A stretch of 32,000 nucleotides of DNA from the NCBI GenBank assembly GCA_024275415.1, contig JAJRZD010000051.1, positions 62,074-94,073 on the forward strand. The letters are read 5' to 3'. Positions 1 through 7,814 of this stretch are shown here, piece after piece; positions within the stretch are counted from its first letter, which is position 1, and each line of letters begins with the position of its first letter. The stretch comes from an archaeon. Its GTDB lineage: Archaea > Asgardarchaeota > Thorarchaeia > Thorarchaeales > Thorarchaeaceae. A program made the position numbers and the translations under genes. The notes beneath the pieces are model-generated. The model searched no databases, had not been told where the DNA came from, and saw only the letters and a list, made by a program, of their open reading frames with translations.

Positions 1-288
1 ATCACTCATAAGGATGATTCAATGGCATCCGGTTGGGTTGACTATGCAGCACATATAAGTTATGATCTTTATTATCTTGTTGATGGTGATGATGGAGATG
101 ATGATTATCTTGCTGCTTCCTCATACCTTCTTAAACTTGCAGTTCAGTTATGTGCTGGAGTAATCAAATTTTTCTGGGACACAAATAATCCTGAAGACAA
201 TAATCCTGAACCTATTCCAGGGCCAGAGCCACCTCCGATTCCAACTCTGAATTCCTTTCAAATACTAGCCTTGAATTCCAAAGAATGA
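1..288 (+). CDS. 3' part (5'-truncated by the window edge) of a Zn-dependent phospholipase C/P1-nuclease-like protein ending in a Pro-rich tail
   Basis: The frame is open from base 1 (ITHKDDS-MASGWVDYAAH...). It shares GWVDYAAH and the downstream L(C/S)AGxI helix with the C-terminal part of the catalytic domain of 760..2031. It ends in NNPEPIPGPEPPPIP. Hand count gives about 39% GC, with about a quarter of codons ending in G/C. Confidence 0.7.
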   Translation: MTHKDDSMASGWVDYAAHISYDLYYLVDGDDGDDDYLAASSYLLKLAVQLCAGVIKFFWDTNNPEDNNPEPIPGPEPPPIPTLNSFQILALNSKE

Positions 289-299
289 ATTACTTGTGA

Positions 300-335
300 A
301 AGGGAAATCATGTTTCCCTTTCTTCTTATTTTTCA
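300..335 (+). terminator. Hairpin plus T-rich tract after the 1..288 gene
   Basis: aagggaaa-tcatg-tttccctt (8-bp perfect stem, 300-320) followed by tcttcttatttttc, 11 nt after the stop codon. Confidence 0.55.
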
Positions 336-660
336 CAAACGAATTGTGCATACTCCCTTTCCTGCTGTTGGATTAGTCTTGTTGTTACCACGAGGCAAGA
401 TGATCAAAAGCTTGAAAGAATATCTGGGCCGAACAATTCGAGCAGACATGAGTGCCTTTGAGTCAAGCACATTTCTCTGCGCTATAACCATAAGTAATGT
501 AAGACATAGCAATCATATAAGCGGTTGAGTGGACGACACAATATATTTTCGTACGTGCAAGGATAAGGGACAGTCAAATTACTCAACCCATTATTACGTG
601 GGCACAGTTGGAAGTCCATGTACTTGACCTGTTGAAGCGGCTCGGATTTTTTGTGTCATG

Positions 661-717
661 GGATAGAAAGAAATGTGAGAAATGCCGTTCAGTAAGGGAG
701 TCAACACATTTCTCACA
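661..717 (-). terminator. 11-bp inverted repeat with a pyrimidine tail downstream of the 760..2031 gene
   Basis: tgtgagaaatg (674-684) and catttctcaca (707-717) are perfect reverse complements. On the minus strand the stem is followed by tttctttct. Confidence 0.5.
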
Positions 718-759
718 ACCGGATGTTAAGCTAGTAACCAACATTTAGAGTTCCGATAC

Positions 760-2031
760 CTACGGAACAAATATTGGATCCGAAGGCGGTAGTGGATTGG
801 ATCCTGGACTACTTGACGGATCCAATGGATCAGTTCCTGCATCTACTTCATCCTTGTCAGACCAGCCATCACTGTCTGTGTCATACAGGATAGGTATTGT
901 GCCGTAGACATAGACCTCGCTGTAATCAGATAACCCATCGTTATCGGTATCTGCGTTCAAGGGATTTGCATGGTTCGAGTATTCCAAATAGTTCTTCAAA
1001 CCATCCCCATCAGGGTCAGAGTACTTGTCTGATGCGGACAATGGATTGAGGTTGTAGGATACTTCCCAGCCATCAGACATGGTATCGCCATCGGTATCGC
1101 TGTCCTTTGGATTAGTGCCGTAAAGATACTCCCTGTAATTTGATAGATTATCCCCATCAGGGTCAGAGTACTTGTCTGATGCGGACAATGGATTGAGGTT
1201 GTAGGATACTTCCCAGTCATCAGGCATGGTATCACCATCAGTATCTGCGGTCCATGGGAACGTTCCGATTTGCACCTCATCCGAATATGTTAGTCCATCA
1301 CCATCGACATCAACATTGGGCCTCATCTGATGGTATGCCCACAGGATGAATCCTGCTGAGAGTTCAATTGTAAAAGGAACTAACACCCTCGCTGCTGCTC
1401 CGAAATAATAGTTCCGACACTCATCGACATATTGACTCGATTTATGTGCTGCATAATCGACCCATCCGAAGGGAGTGTCTGGGTTGTGATGTGAGGAGTC
1501 TTCATCGAAAGTGTAAATTGGTGTTGTCGCCAGTCCGCTGTAAGTATCGTAGTTGGAGTCAATCCATGATTCGTAGTCCTCATGGTAAGTAAAACCCAGA
1601 GTGAAAATCTGTGTATGACAGGGCGTACACAAGTCTTGAACATGATGCAATGCAAACCCAAGCCAGAAAAAGGCTCCACTCACATTACCCTGTGAATAGT
1701 GATCGATTGCTTTCTGGATACCCTCATCTGCAACCTCAGCAGCCGATCTCCAAACACCTTCAAGACCCAGATGTGAATCAGGAGCATGAAAATGACACTT
1801 TCTGTCAGGGTTCTCGTTATCATTGTCAGCCCAGAAATTGCCATTTTTAATCGAACTCCTGTAAGTGTAAATCTCGTTCACCGACAGCTCTGATCTCAGC
1901 AGATCGATAGCGTCGTATGTAAAGTTTTGATGCGATCCGCCATAAGCGGCAACGGGTTGCGCCACGCTTGATAGAATCACTACCAAGAATAATGGCACAA
2001 GAATCGTCTTTATTCGTTTCCGGTAACTCAT
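760..2031 (-). CDS. Secreted Zn-dependent phospholipase C/P1-nuclease-family protein with C-terminal Ca-binding (TSP3-like DxDGDG) repeats
   Basis: Signal peptide (MSYRKRIK plus hydrophobic stretch plus AQPVAA). Tri-zinc ligand pattern of the B. cereus PLC/P1 fold: YGGSH, WAD, HFH, LHHVQD, PCH, HEDYE. About seven DxDGDG(L/M)xDxxE...G/NxNP units follow. A GGAGAGG ribosome-binding site precedes the start. Confidence 0.85.
   Translation of the reverse strand: MSYRKRIKTILVPLFLVVILSSVAQPVAAYGGSHQNFTYDAIDLLRSELSVNEIYTYRSSIKNGNFWADNDNENPDRKCHFHAPDSHLGLEGVWRSAAEVADEGIQKAIDHYSQGNVSGAFFWLGFALHHVQDLCTPCHTQIFTLGFTYHEDYESWIDSNYDTYSGLATTPIYTFDEDSSHHNPDTPFGWVDYAAHKSSQYVDECRNYYFGAAARVLVPFTIELSAGFILWAYHQMRPNVDVDGDGLTYSDEVQIGTFPWTADTDGDTMPDDWEVSYNLNPLSASDKYSDPDGDNLSNYREYLYGTNPKDSDTDGDTMSDGWEVSYNLNPLSASDKYSDPDGDGLKNYLEYSNHANPLNADTDNDGLSDYSEVYVYGTIPILYDTDSDGWSDKDEVDAGTDPLDPSSSPGSNPLPPSDPIFVP
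1003..1245. repeat. Intragenic tandem duplication, 147-bp (49-aa) period
   Basis: 1003-1069 is identical to 1150-1216 (67 bp), and similarity continues with a few substitutions for about 30 bp. It encodes WEVSYNLNPLSASDKYSDPDGD twice. Confidence 0.95.
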
Positions 2032-2041
2032 TAACCTCTCC

Positions 2042-2178
2042 TGCTTTATTGTTTTATTAATAAAGCAATATTTTCATTAGGTAATTGTGATATAAATATT
2101 TCTTCGCAATGGCCCTGTTTGAAAGGTACCAACAGATAGAACAACCTAACACAGCAGGTTGAATTGCTATACATTCAA
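2042..2178. promoter_or_regulatory. Divergent promoter region with three spaced inverted repeats
   Basis: tgctttatt-N8-aataaagca (2042-2067), caacct-N8-aggttg (2142-2161) and ttgaat-N8-attcaa (2159-2178). An AT-rich TATA-like stretch lies at about 2090-2100. Confidence 0.45.
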
Positions 2179-2218
2179 ATGGCATGATGGCATTTTATTC
2201 GTGGAGTAGTAACGAGAA

Positions 2219-3988
2219 TTGGAAATAGCGGTATCTCACCAGGAGAAGAAAATGACCGGGAGCTTCTATACTCCAAATCAGGTAGCAGGAGATATCGTCA
2301 AGAAAGCACTTTCCCATTGGATTAATAGGTCAATCCAACAGTACAGAATCGAGAAACAGCAAGAGAAGGATCTGGATGGTCTTAAGATACTGGATGATAT
2401 TCGAATCTTGGATCCAGCAGTAGGAGATGGTGTGTTCCTCATTGAATGCGGAGAGCATCTGTGTTCTCTGCGGAAGGCATTGGGGGATTATAGAGAAGAA
2501 CACGAAATCCGCAACGATATTGCGAAAAGGAACCTCTATGGCGTAGATATTCAACAACATGTTGTCGATAAGTGCAAGATTACAATCAGGAAGTGGGTTT
2601 CACGGAAGGGTAGCCAATCAAGAATGCATACAAAGATCAATATACGACAAGGGAATAGTTTAATCGGACGGATCAATGGACAATCTCGCAATCATGAATC
2701 AATACCATCCGACATGAGACCATTCAACTGGAGAAATGCATTTCCAGAGGTATTCTCGAACAAGTCATCAGGATTTGATATCATCGTAGGAAACCCGCCT
2801 TACGGCAACATCCTAACAGATCAAGAGAAGGAAACTCTACGGAGGTCGCTGGGTTATGATGTGATGTCGGGAAGGACAGGGTCTTGGAATGCAGCGCCAC
2901 TCTTCATCGTGCGTGCCAAGGAACTGCTCAACCAACAAGGGGTATTAGGGTTCTTGATTCCGAACAGTATACTACGAGTTGGTCAATTCACGAAGACCCG
3001 TGAGTTCATCCGTGACCAGCTCGGACTATGGTGTATCATCGATGAAGGGAACCCATTTGATGGTGTCACACTTGAGATGGTGAGCATCTTCTGTTATGGA
3101 AACCCGAAAAGCCGGCCTCAGGATATAGAGGTCATCTCACACAGGAATGGATCAAACAGGTCCCACGTGATCCCAAGAAAAGCACTTCAAGGGAGGATCA
3201 TTTCAATATACTATGACTCGTTCTTTGCACACATAAAAAAGAAGGGGACATCCAACCTATTGACAGCATCAAGAGGGAGGGACATCCCTGCGGTGCACAC
3301 AAGCGAACGGTCAATTCAAGGGTACGAGATACCGTATGCAACGAAAGGACGGAGCGTCAGACGGTACCGATTCAATGAGGACTACCTAATCTACACGAAC
3401 GAGTGGTTCGAGCACGATGTTGCCATGTCCGAGTCCTATTCCAACGAGTTTCTCGTAGCGACCAAGAACCTGATGTATCCACGGTGTGTAATGAAACCAA
3501 AAGGGGTCATTCATGGTGGGGGAGTGGTCAGGATCATACCTCTAATTGATGACCTAGACATCAAGGCGATAGGACTAATCCTCAACTCCAAGCTCGTACA
3601 ATACGTTTCACGGAGATACCTGACGAACTATTCGCAGTTGACCACATGCCTCAATACTGGGATTATGGAAGAGATTCCTATCGTACTCCCAGATGATACT
3701 AGACCAATGACATACCTATTCGATATCTTGCAGGAGATACATTCTGACGGGAAGAGCAAGGGGGATGGCGCATTAATCGAAAGCTTTGTGGACGCATTGG
3801 TGTATTCGTTATACGTCCCCGATGTTGATTACTTGCAAGGACAAGTCATAGATATTGCATGGTCACTTTTACGCAAGAGCGCCGAAAGATGTATAGAAAT
3901 GCTAGGTCATGAGGACATCCTACACATGCTGGAGGGGATAAGAGCGATCCCTGTCATACAGAAAATCGAAACGGCAACGGCAAGATGA
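2219..3988 (+). CDS. N6-adenine DNA methyltransferase (TaqI/Eco57I-like gamma class), apparently solitary
   Basis: GSFYTP, motif I ILDPAVGDGVFL, LYGVDI, GNSL, motif IV FDIIVGNPPY, LGFLIPNS, and a TaqI-C-like C-terminal region (AIGLILNSKLV...IPIVLP). There is no N-terminal nuclease domain and no adjacent endonuclease. TTG start at 2219 or ATG at 2252. Confidence 0.9.
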   Translation: MEIAVSHQEKKMTGSFYTPNQVAGDIVKKALSHWINRSIQQYRIEKQQEKDLDGLKILDDIRILDPAVGDGVFLIECGEHLCSLRKALGDYREEHEIRNDIAKRNLYGVDIQQHVVDKCKITIRKWVSRKGSQSRMHTKINIRQGNSLIGRINGQSRNHESIPSDMRPFNWRNAFPEVFSNKSSGFDIIVGNPPYGNILTDQEKETLRRSLGYDVMSGRTGSWNAAPLFIVRAKELLNQQGVLGFLIPNSILRVGQFTKTREFIRDQLGLWCIIDEGNPFDGVTLEMVSIFCYGNPKSRPQDIEVISHRNGSNRSHVIPRKALQGRIISIYYDSFFAHIKKKGTSNLLTASRGRDIPAVHTSERSIQGYEIPYATKGRSVRRYRFNEDYLIYTNEWFEHDVAMSESYSNEFLVATKNLMYPRCVMKPKGVIHGGGVVRIIPLIDDLDIKAIGLILNSKLVQYVSRRYLTNYSQLTTCLNTGIMEEIPIVLPDDTRPMTYLFDILQEIHSDGKSKGDGALIESFVDALVYSLYVPDVDYLQGQVIDIAWSLLRKSAERCIEMLGHEDILHMLEGIRAIPVIQKIETATAR

Positions 3989-4046
3989 ACACCTACCCAG
4001 ACACTGATGCTTATATAGGTCAGTCTAGTGTGGAATTTGACACGCA

Positions 4047-4676
4047 ATGACAAATGAAGAACCTGTTAAGGAAGAGGCTGACGAGCTGGCCGAGGCAATA
4101 GTAGAGGCTGTTGAAGATGAACGCAGCACCCTGGAGGATGAAGATGCATTTTCCAAAAAAGAGCGTCAGGCCGAGCTTGATAAGGAACAGGAACGAATCA
4201 GACGTGCAAAAGAATTGCGAAAGCAGCTCCGGCGACGAGAGCTGGGTCTCTTGTACTATCGCTGGCCTGCTGCTGTGTTGCTCCTGAGCGGTATTCTCGC
4301 AATCTTCACAGAGTTCTTGGTAATCTGGGTGCAAGAAGAGCCTGTGTACGGTTTCAACTCCTTCTGGGAAGCATTCGTGTCCACTACGCCCTCCAGCATC
4401 TTCTGGTTATTCCCGCTCATCTCAGGTGTGGTCATGATTACCCTCGCATTCTTCGCGTATTCACGGCCGAAAACAACATTCGTGGCAATAATCCCAGCCA
4501 TGATGATGGTGATGTCAGGGTCGCAGGTCTATTTCCTTGTGACTGCTGCACATACCGCAGCGTATCTTGCAGGCGTTCCTATTGAATTCTATTTCGCAGC
4601 GACTGGAACACCTATCCAAATGGTGGTGGTCGGATTGCTCGGATTGCTTGCAATTGCCATTCGTGAGAAAGAATGA
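4047..4676 (+). CDS. Hypothetical membrane protein: charged N-terminal coiled coil plus about four transmembrane helices
   Basis: Acidic/charged helical first ~70 aa (ERQAELDKEQERIRRAKELRKQLRRRE), then four hydrophobic segments. A TATA-like cttatata lies upstream at about 4010-4017. Confidence 0.75.
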   Translation: MTNEEPVKEEADELAEAIVEAVEDERSTLEDEDAFSKKERQAELDKEQERIRRAKELRKQLRRRELGLLYYRWPAAVLLLSGILAIFTEFLVIWVQEEPVYGFNSFWEAFVSTTPSSIFWLFPLISGVVMITLAFFAYSRPKTTFVAIIPAMMMVMSGSQVYFLVTAAHTAAYLAGVPIEFYFAATGTPIQMVVVGLLGLLAIAIREKE

Positions 4677-5249
4677 TCACATATCGAGGACATAGTCGTC
4701 CAGCTTTCCTTCATCCTCAAGCTGTGTCATCCAGTCAATCCTAGAGGGTTTCTTCTTGGAGATGAGCCGCTGGAGTATCTTGTTCGCCGTTTCTTCAGCG
4801 GATTTGTCAGTAGTGTCAATCTCATAGACCTTCTCCTCTCCAAATGCATCTATTGCGTCAAGCTGGCAAACTCCAAACACCTCTGCCTCGACATTCTCTC
4901 TCACCTTGCTCGTATCCCAGTTTCGTTCAGTAAGACGCTTCATGAGGGTATCCGGGTGAGTCCTCAGTACGAATACCTTCTCCACGGGTCGGCTAGGAAC
5001 AAGGTCGATGTAATGCCCTTCAATGACGAGATCGGAGTCAGCCTCCTCCAAGTATTCCTCCACTGCAAAAACAAGGCAGTCCTCATCGATCACTTGCGTT
5101 TGGCGCTCATCATCGTGTTCCCTTATACAATTCCCGTCCAGTGCAATCTGTCCAAGGTTGACGACCTTGCGCTTGAGCCTTTTTCTTAGTATCTCAGCAA
5201 CAGCGGTCTTTCCTGTGCCAGGCGTGCCGCCGATAAGGACTATTTTCAT
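4677..5249 (-). CDS. Adenylate kinase 6/Fap7 (CINAP)-family nucleotide kinase
   Basis: P-loop GGTPGTGKT, LVIEGHY, VLRTHPDTLMKRLTERNW, KVRENVEAE and YEIDTT. The true start is MKIVL at 5249; the 42 upstream codons in the ORF track are not homologous. Confidence 0.9.
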   Translation of the reverse strand: MKIVLIGGTPGTGKTAVAEILRKRLKRKVVNLGQIALDGNCIREHDDERQTQVIDEDCLVFAVEEYLEEADSDLVIEGHYIDLVPSRPVEKVFVLRTHPDTLMKRLTERNWDTSKVRENVEAEVFGVCQLDAIDAFGEEKVYEIDTTDKSAEETANKILQRLISKKKPSRIDWMTQLEDEGKLDDYVLDM

Positions 5250-5377
5250 GAAGCGAGAGCCAGAACAATTCAGAGATAAGCTATTTGATGTAGCAGAAAG
5301 TGCAGAGCTATAATTCCTTATAAGATAACAATCAATGGTAATACTTGCAAAAAGACATAAGCTGAGTGATGTCATAG

Positions 5378-6127
5378 ATGAAACGGAGCATGATAAATCC
5401 CAATAGCATTGCTACAATTACATTTGCAATGATTCTCGCCGGAGTCGCATTATGGGGCACGAACACTGTGGCTTCGGTGGTTGTCTTTACGATTGCATTG
5501 GCGATAATCACGATTACAATTTGGGATGTCTTTGTTTCGAGGATAGAACTCGAAACAGGATTTGCTACAACGAGATACAATAAACAAGCACTCTCTCCAA
5601 ATTCGCTAATAGACATTGAGAGGAAGATGCAATCAAAGCTTGAACAGATTGAAAGGGGTTATGACCAATTCCTAGAAGATGTCGATGACCCGGACCTCAT
5701 CGAGAACACTATTGAGGATTACGATGCGGAGATACCAATCGAGTTGCTAGATGGTATTAGTGGGGAGATCTGCGAAAGAATCGAGAGTATCGGAATTCTG
5801 GATATCGACGAGCTGGCGATAGCAGACCCGGACGAGATTGCAGAGGCTGCAAGAGTGCCCAAACAGATCGCAGAACAATGGGTCTTAGACGCCAAGGCGT
5901 TGTTTGTTGGTGCTCAGTTATCGAGTCTAATCCCTCTATCAATGGCTGAGGCAAAGGATGTTTTGAGGAGCATCGAGGAATCGGTTATCTCAGGAATGCT
6001 GAAGATGCCTGTGGATTACGAGCTGCCTATAACAAAAGTCGAGAAGTGGATTAATAGGGCAAACAAGCTGGTTTCATCTTTTGATGTGTCTGAGATTCAG
6101 AAGCTCCTTGAAGAAGAGGAACACTGA
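5378..6127 (+). CDS. Membrane-anchored helix-hairpin-helix (DUF4332-like) protein
   Basis: Two N-terminal hydrophobic helices and a coiled coil, then LLDGISGEICERIESIGILDIDELAIADPDEIAEAARVPKQIAEQWV, followed by a degenerate second copy ending VEKWINRANKL. Confidence 0.7.
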   Translation: MKRSMINPNSIATITFAMILAGVALWGTNTVASVVVFTIALAIITITIWDVFVSRIELETGFATTRYNKQALSPNSLIDIERKMQSKLEQIERGYDQFLEDVDDPDLIENTIEDYDAEIPIELLDGISGEICERIESIGILDIDELAIADPDEIAEAARVPKQIAEQWVLDAKALFVGAQLSSLIPLSMAEAKDVLRSIEESVISGMLKMPVDYELPITKVEKWINRANKLVSSFDVSEIQKLLEEEEH

Positions 6128-6223
6128 GGAACAAACTACAACGTCCGAGCTCAGCGTATAACAACTGATAAAAAGAAGTCAATTTCTGTCTTGGCGATGA
6201 CAAAAGCCTGAAAGTGCAGAAAT

Positions 6224-6739
6224 ATGAGTGATGACTATACTATCCGCCAATTCCAACGTGAAGATATACGGGCAGTTGTCAATATTAACAAGTCTTGCCT
6301 TCCTGAGAACTACCCTGACCAGTTCTTTCTGGGCCTGCATCATCATGCACCAAAGTCGTTCCTTGTTGCCGAGTGTGATGACGAGGTCTGTGGCTACATC
6401 ATGTGTCGAATCGAACGCGGGATTTCCAGTTTTAAGAAGGCTCCAGTGAAGAAAGGACATATTGTTTCTGTGGCCGTAAGACACGAATACAGGAACAAGG
6501 GTATCGGAACCCAATTGATCCGGGCTGCAATCGAAGGAATGAGAGAGTATGGAGCATCTGAGTTCTTCTTGGAGGTACGGAAGACAAACGAGGCGGCCAT
6601 TGCGGTCTACGAGAATCTCAGTTTTGAAATCAAGCGCGTCCTGAAAGGGTACTACCGGGATGGGGAAGATGCATACCTGATGGCACGTCAGAGTGGACTT
6701 GATGAGGAGGAATCTGATACTGGCGAACAAACCAATTGA
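6224..6739 (+). CDS. ard1: Archaeal protein N-terminal acetyltransferase (Ard1/RimI family)
   Basis: INKSCLPENY, VCGYIMCRIE, GHIVSVAVRHEYRNKGIG (acetyl-CoA motif), FLEVRKTN and YYRDGEDAYLM. Confidence 0.9.
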   Translation: MSDDYTIRQFQREDIRAVVNINKSCLPENYPDQFFLGLHHHAPKSFLVAECDDEVCGYIMCRIERGISSFKKAPVKKGHIVSVAVRHEYRNKGIGTQLIRAAIEGMREYGASEFFLEVRKTNEAAIAVYENLSFEIKRVLKGYYRDGEDAYLMARQSGLDEEESDTGEQTN

Positions 6740-6740
6740 T

Positions 6741-7637
6741 GTGCATCTAATCCCCGAATGTGCTCCTTGCATCATGAAGAGCTTGCAGATATTAGTCCCA
6801 CTCCTTGAAACTGAGAATGAAGCCCAGATGAAACTCTTTGCACATGCTTACAAAAGGTTGGCAGAGGGATATGCGAAAAAGATTCCTCCGGTCATTCTTT
6901 CCATCAAGCTGTACCAAGAACTCTATGAGATGGGAAACACCTACGACCCCTACAGGAAGTTGAAGGATCAGAGTATAGCAGCAGCAGAACAGGCGCTTCC
7001 ACACGTCGAGGCTGAGATTGGTAAGTACGAAGGTTACCAGAAGCTTCGTGCCGCACTGGCTGCATCTATTGCAGGGAACCTGATTGATTTCAACACGGCA
7101 TATCATGAGCCAGAGCTGGACGCACTCAATGATGGGTTTATGAATATCATAAGAGAAGGATTCGCGCTGGACGACTCACAGCACCTCTGGAATCGCATCA
7201 CAGCAGCATCAGGGACTGTAGCGGTTCTTGGGGACAATGCCGGAGAAACCCTCTTCGATATCCCGCTCCTAGAAATCCTTCACGCCAAGGGCTGGGATAT
7301 CGTGTACGTGGTAAAGGCAAGACCGATGATCAATGATGCGACAAGGGAGGATATTAAGGGTTCTAGAATCCCAGATTTGGCCACTATTGCAGATAATGGC
7401 GGATGGGCACATGGTGTCCCTCGACAATTTGTTTCACTGGAATTCCTCGATACAGTCGCAAATAGTGACCTTGTCCTGTCGAAGGGGCAAGCCAACGTTG
7501 AAACTTTCCCTGAGATCCAGAAGGAGCTGGGCATAGAAACATACTACATCATGCGGGCCAAGTGTCCACACATTGCCAATGCATTAGGTGCAAACGTCGG
7601 TGACAATGTCATTGCACGCAGACCACAGATTATGTGA
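6741..7637 (+). CDS. DUF89/ARMT1-like metal-dependent damage-control phosphatase
   Basis: PECAPC at the N-terminus, YDPYRKLK, ASIAGNLIDF, LGDNAGETLFD, PMINDAT, SKGQANVET and AKCPHIA. A GTG start at 6741, 1 nt after the ard1 stop, is preferred over 6693. Confidence 0.9.
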   Translation: MHLIPECAPCIMKSLQILVPLLETENEAQMKLFAHAYKRLAEGYAKKIPPVILSIKLYQELYEMGNTYDPYRKLKDQSIAAAEQALPHVEAEIGKYEGYQKLRAALAASIAGNLIDFNTAYHEPELDALNDGFMNIIREGFALDDSQHLWNRITAASGTVAVLGDNAGETLFDIPLLEILHAKGWDIVYVVKARPMINDATREDIKGSRIPDLATIADNGGWAHGVPRQFVSLEFLDTVANSDLVLSKGQANVETFPEIQKELGIETYYIMRAKCPHIANALGANVGDNVIARRPQIM

Positions 7638-7702
7638 TTGTGCCACTTGGCAACCTTTTTATTCGTGCTCCGCAGCCCAGCTAGCTGCCAACCATGTCCT
7701 AA

Positions 7703-7717
7703 GACAAGGTTTAAATA
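7703..7717 (+). promoter_or_regulatory. Archaeal BRE/TATA promoter of the thermosome gene
   Basis: gacaagg-tttaaata about 100 nt upstream of the ATG at 7815, following the T-tract (7656-7660) that ends the DUF89 gene. Confidence 0.6.
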
Positions 7718-7814
7718 AAATCAACCGGAGTCCATGTACAGTTTTATCCAGAACTGCAGAGGACATTCACGATGCGGTCTGGATTCTTAAGAAATGTTCC
7801 GGAGGAACTTGAGA

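Noticed and set aside
385-516. Minus-strand 43-codon frame with an in-frame TGA and a CxxC (…EKCA*LKGTHVCSNC…)
   Set aside because: Too short, with no ribosome-binding site or homology I recognise. Expected by chance in intergenic DNA.
310-627. ORF 310..528 continuing in frame past a TGA into VDDTIYFRTCKDKG... (possible selenoprotein or decayed transposase with a DDT motif)
   Set aside because: It has no recognisable domain, its start lies inside a terminator hairpin, I found no SECIS-like element or terminal inverted repeats with target duplication, and the DDT resemblance is too short. A translated profile search would settle it.
5250-5375. N-terminal extension of the AK6 kinase (and similar ORF-track extensions of thiR, DUF89 and the thermosome)
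   Set aside because: The extensions are non-homologous and run through promoter regions or neighbouring genes, and better starts with ribosome-binding sites or coupling exist downstream.
6224-6739. Ard1 as a novel eukaryotic signature protein
   Set aside because: Ard1-type N-terminal acetyltransferases are already well known from other archaea such as Sulfolobales, so this is an ordinary housekeeping gene.
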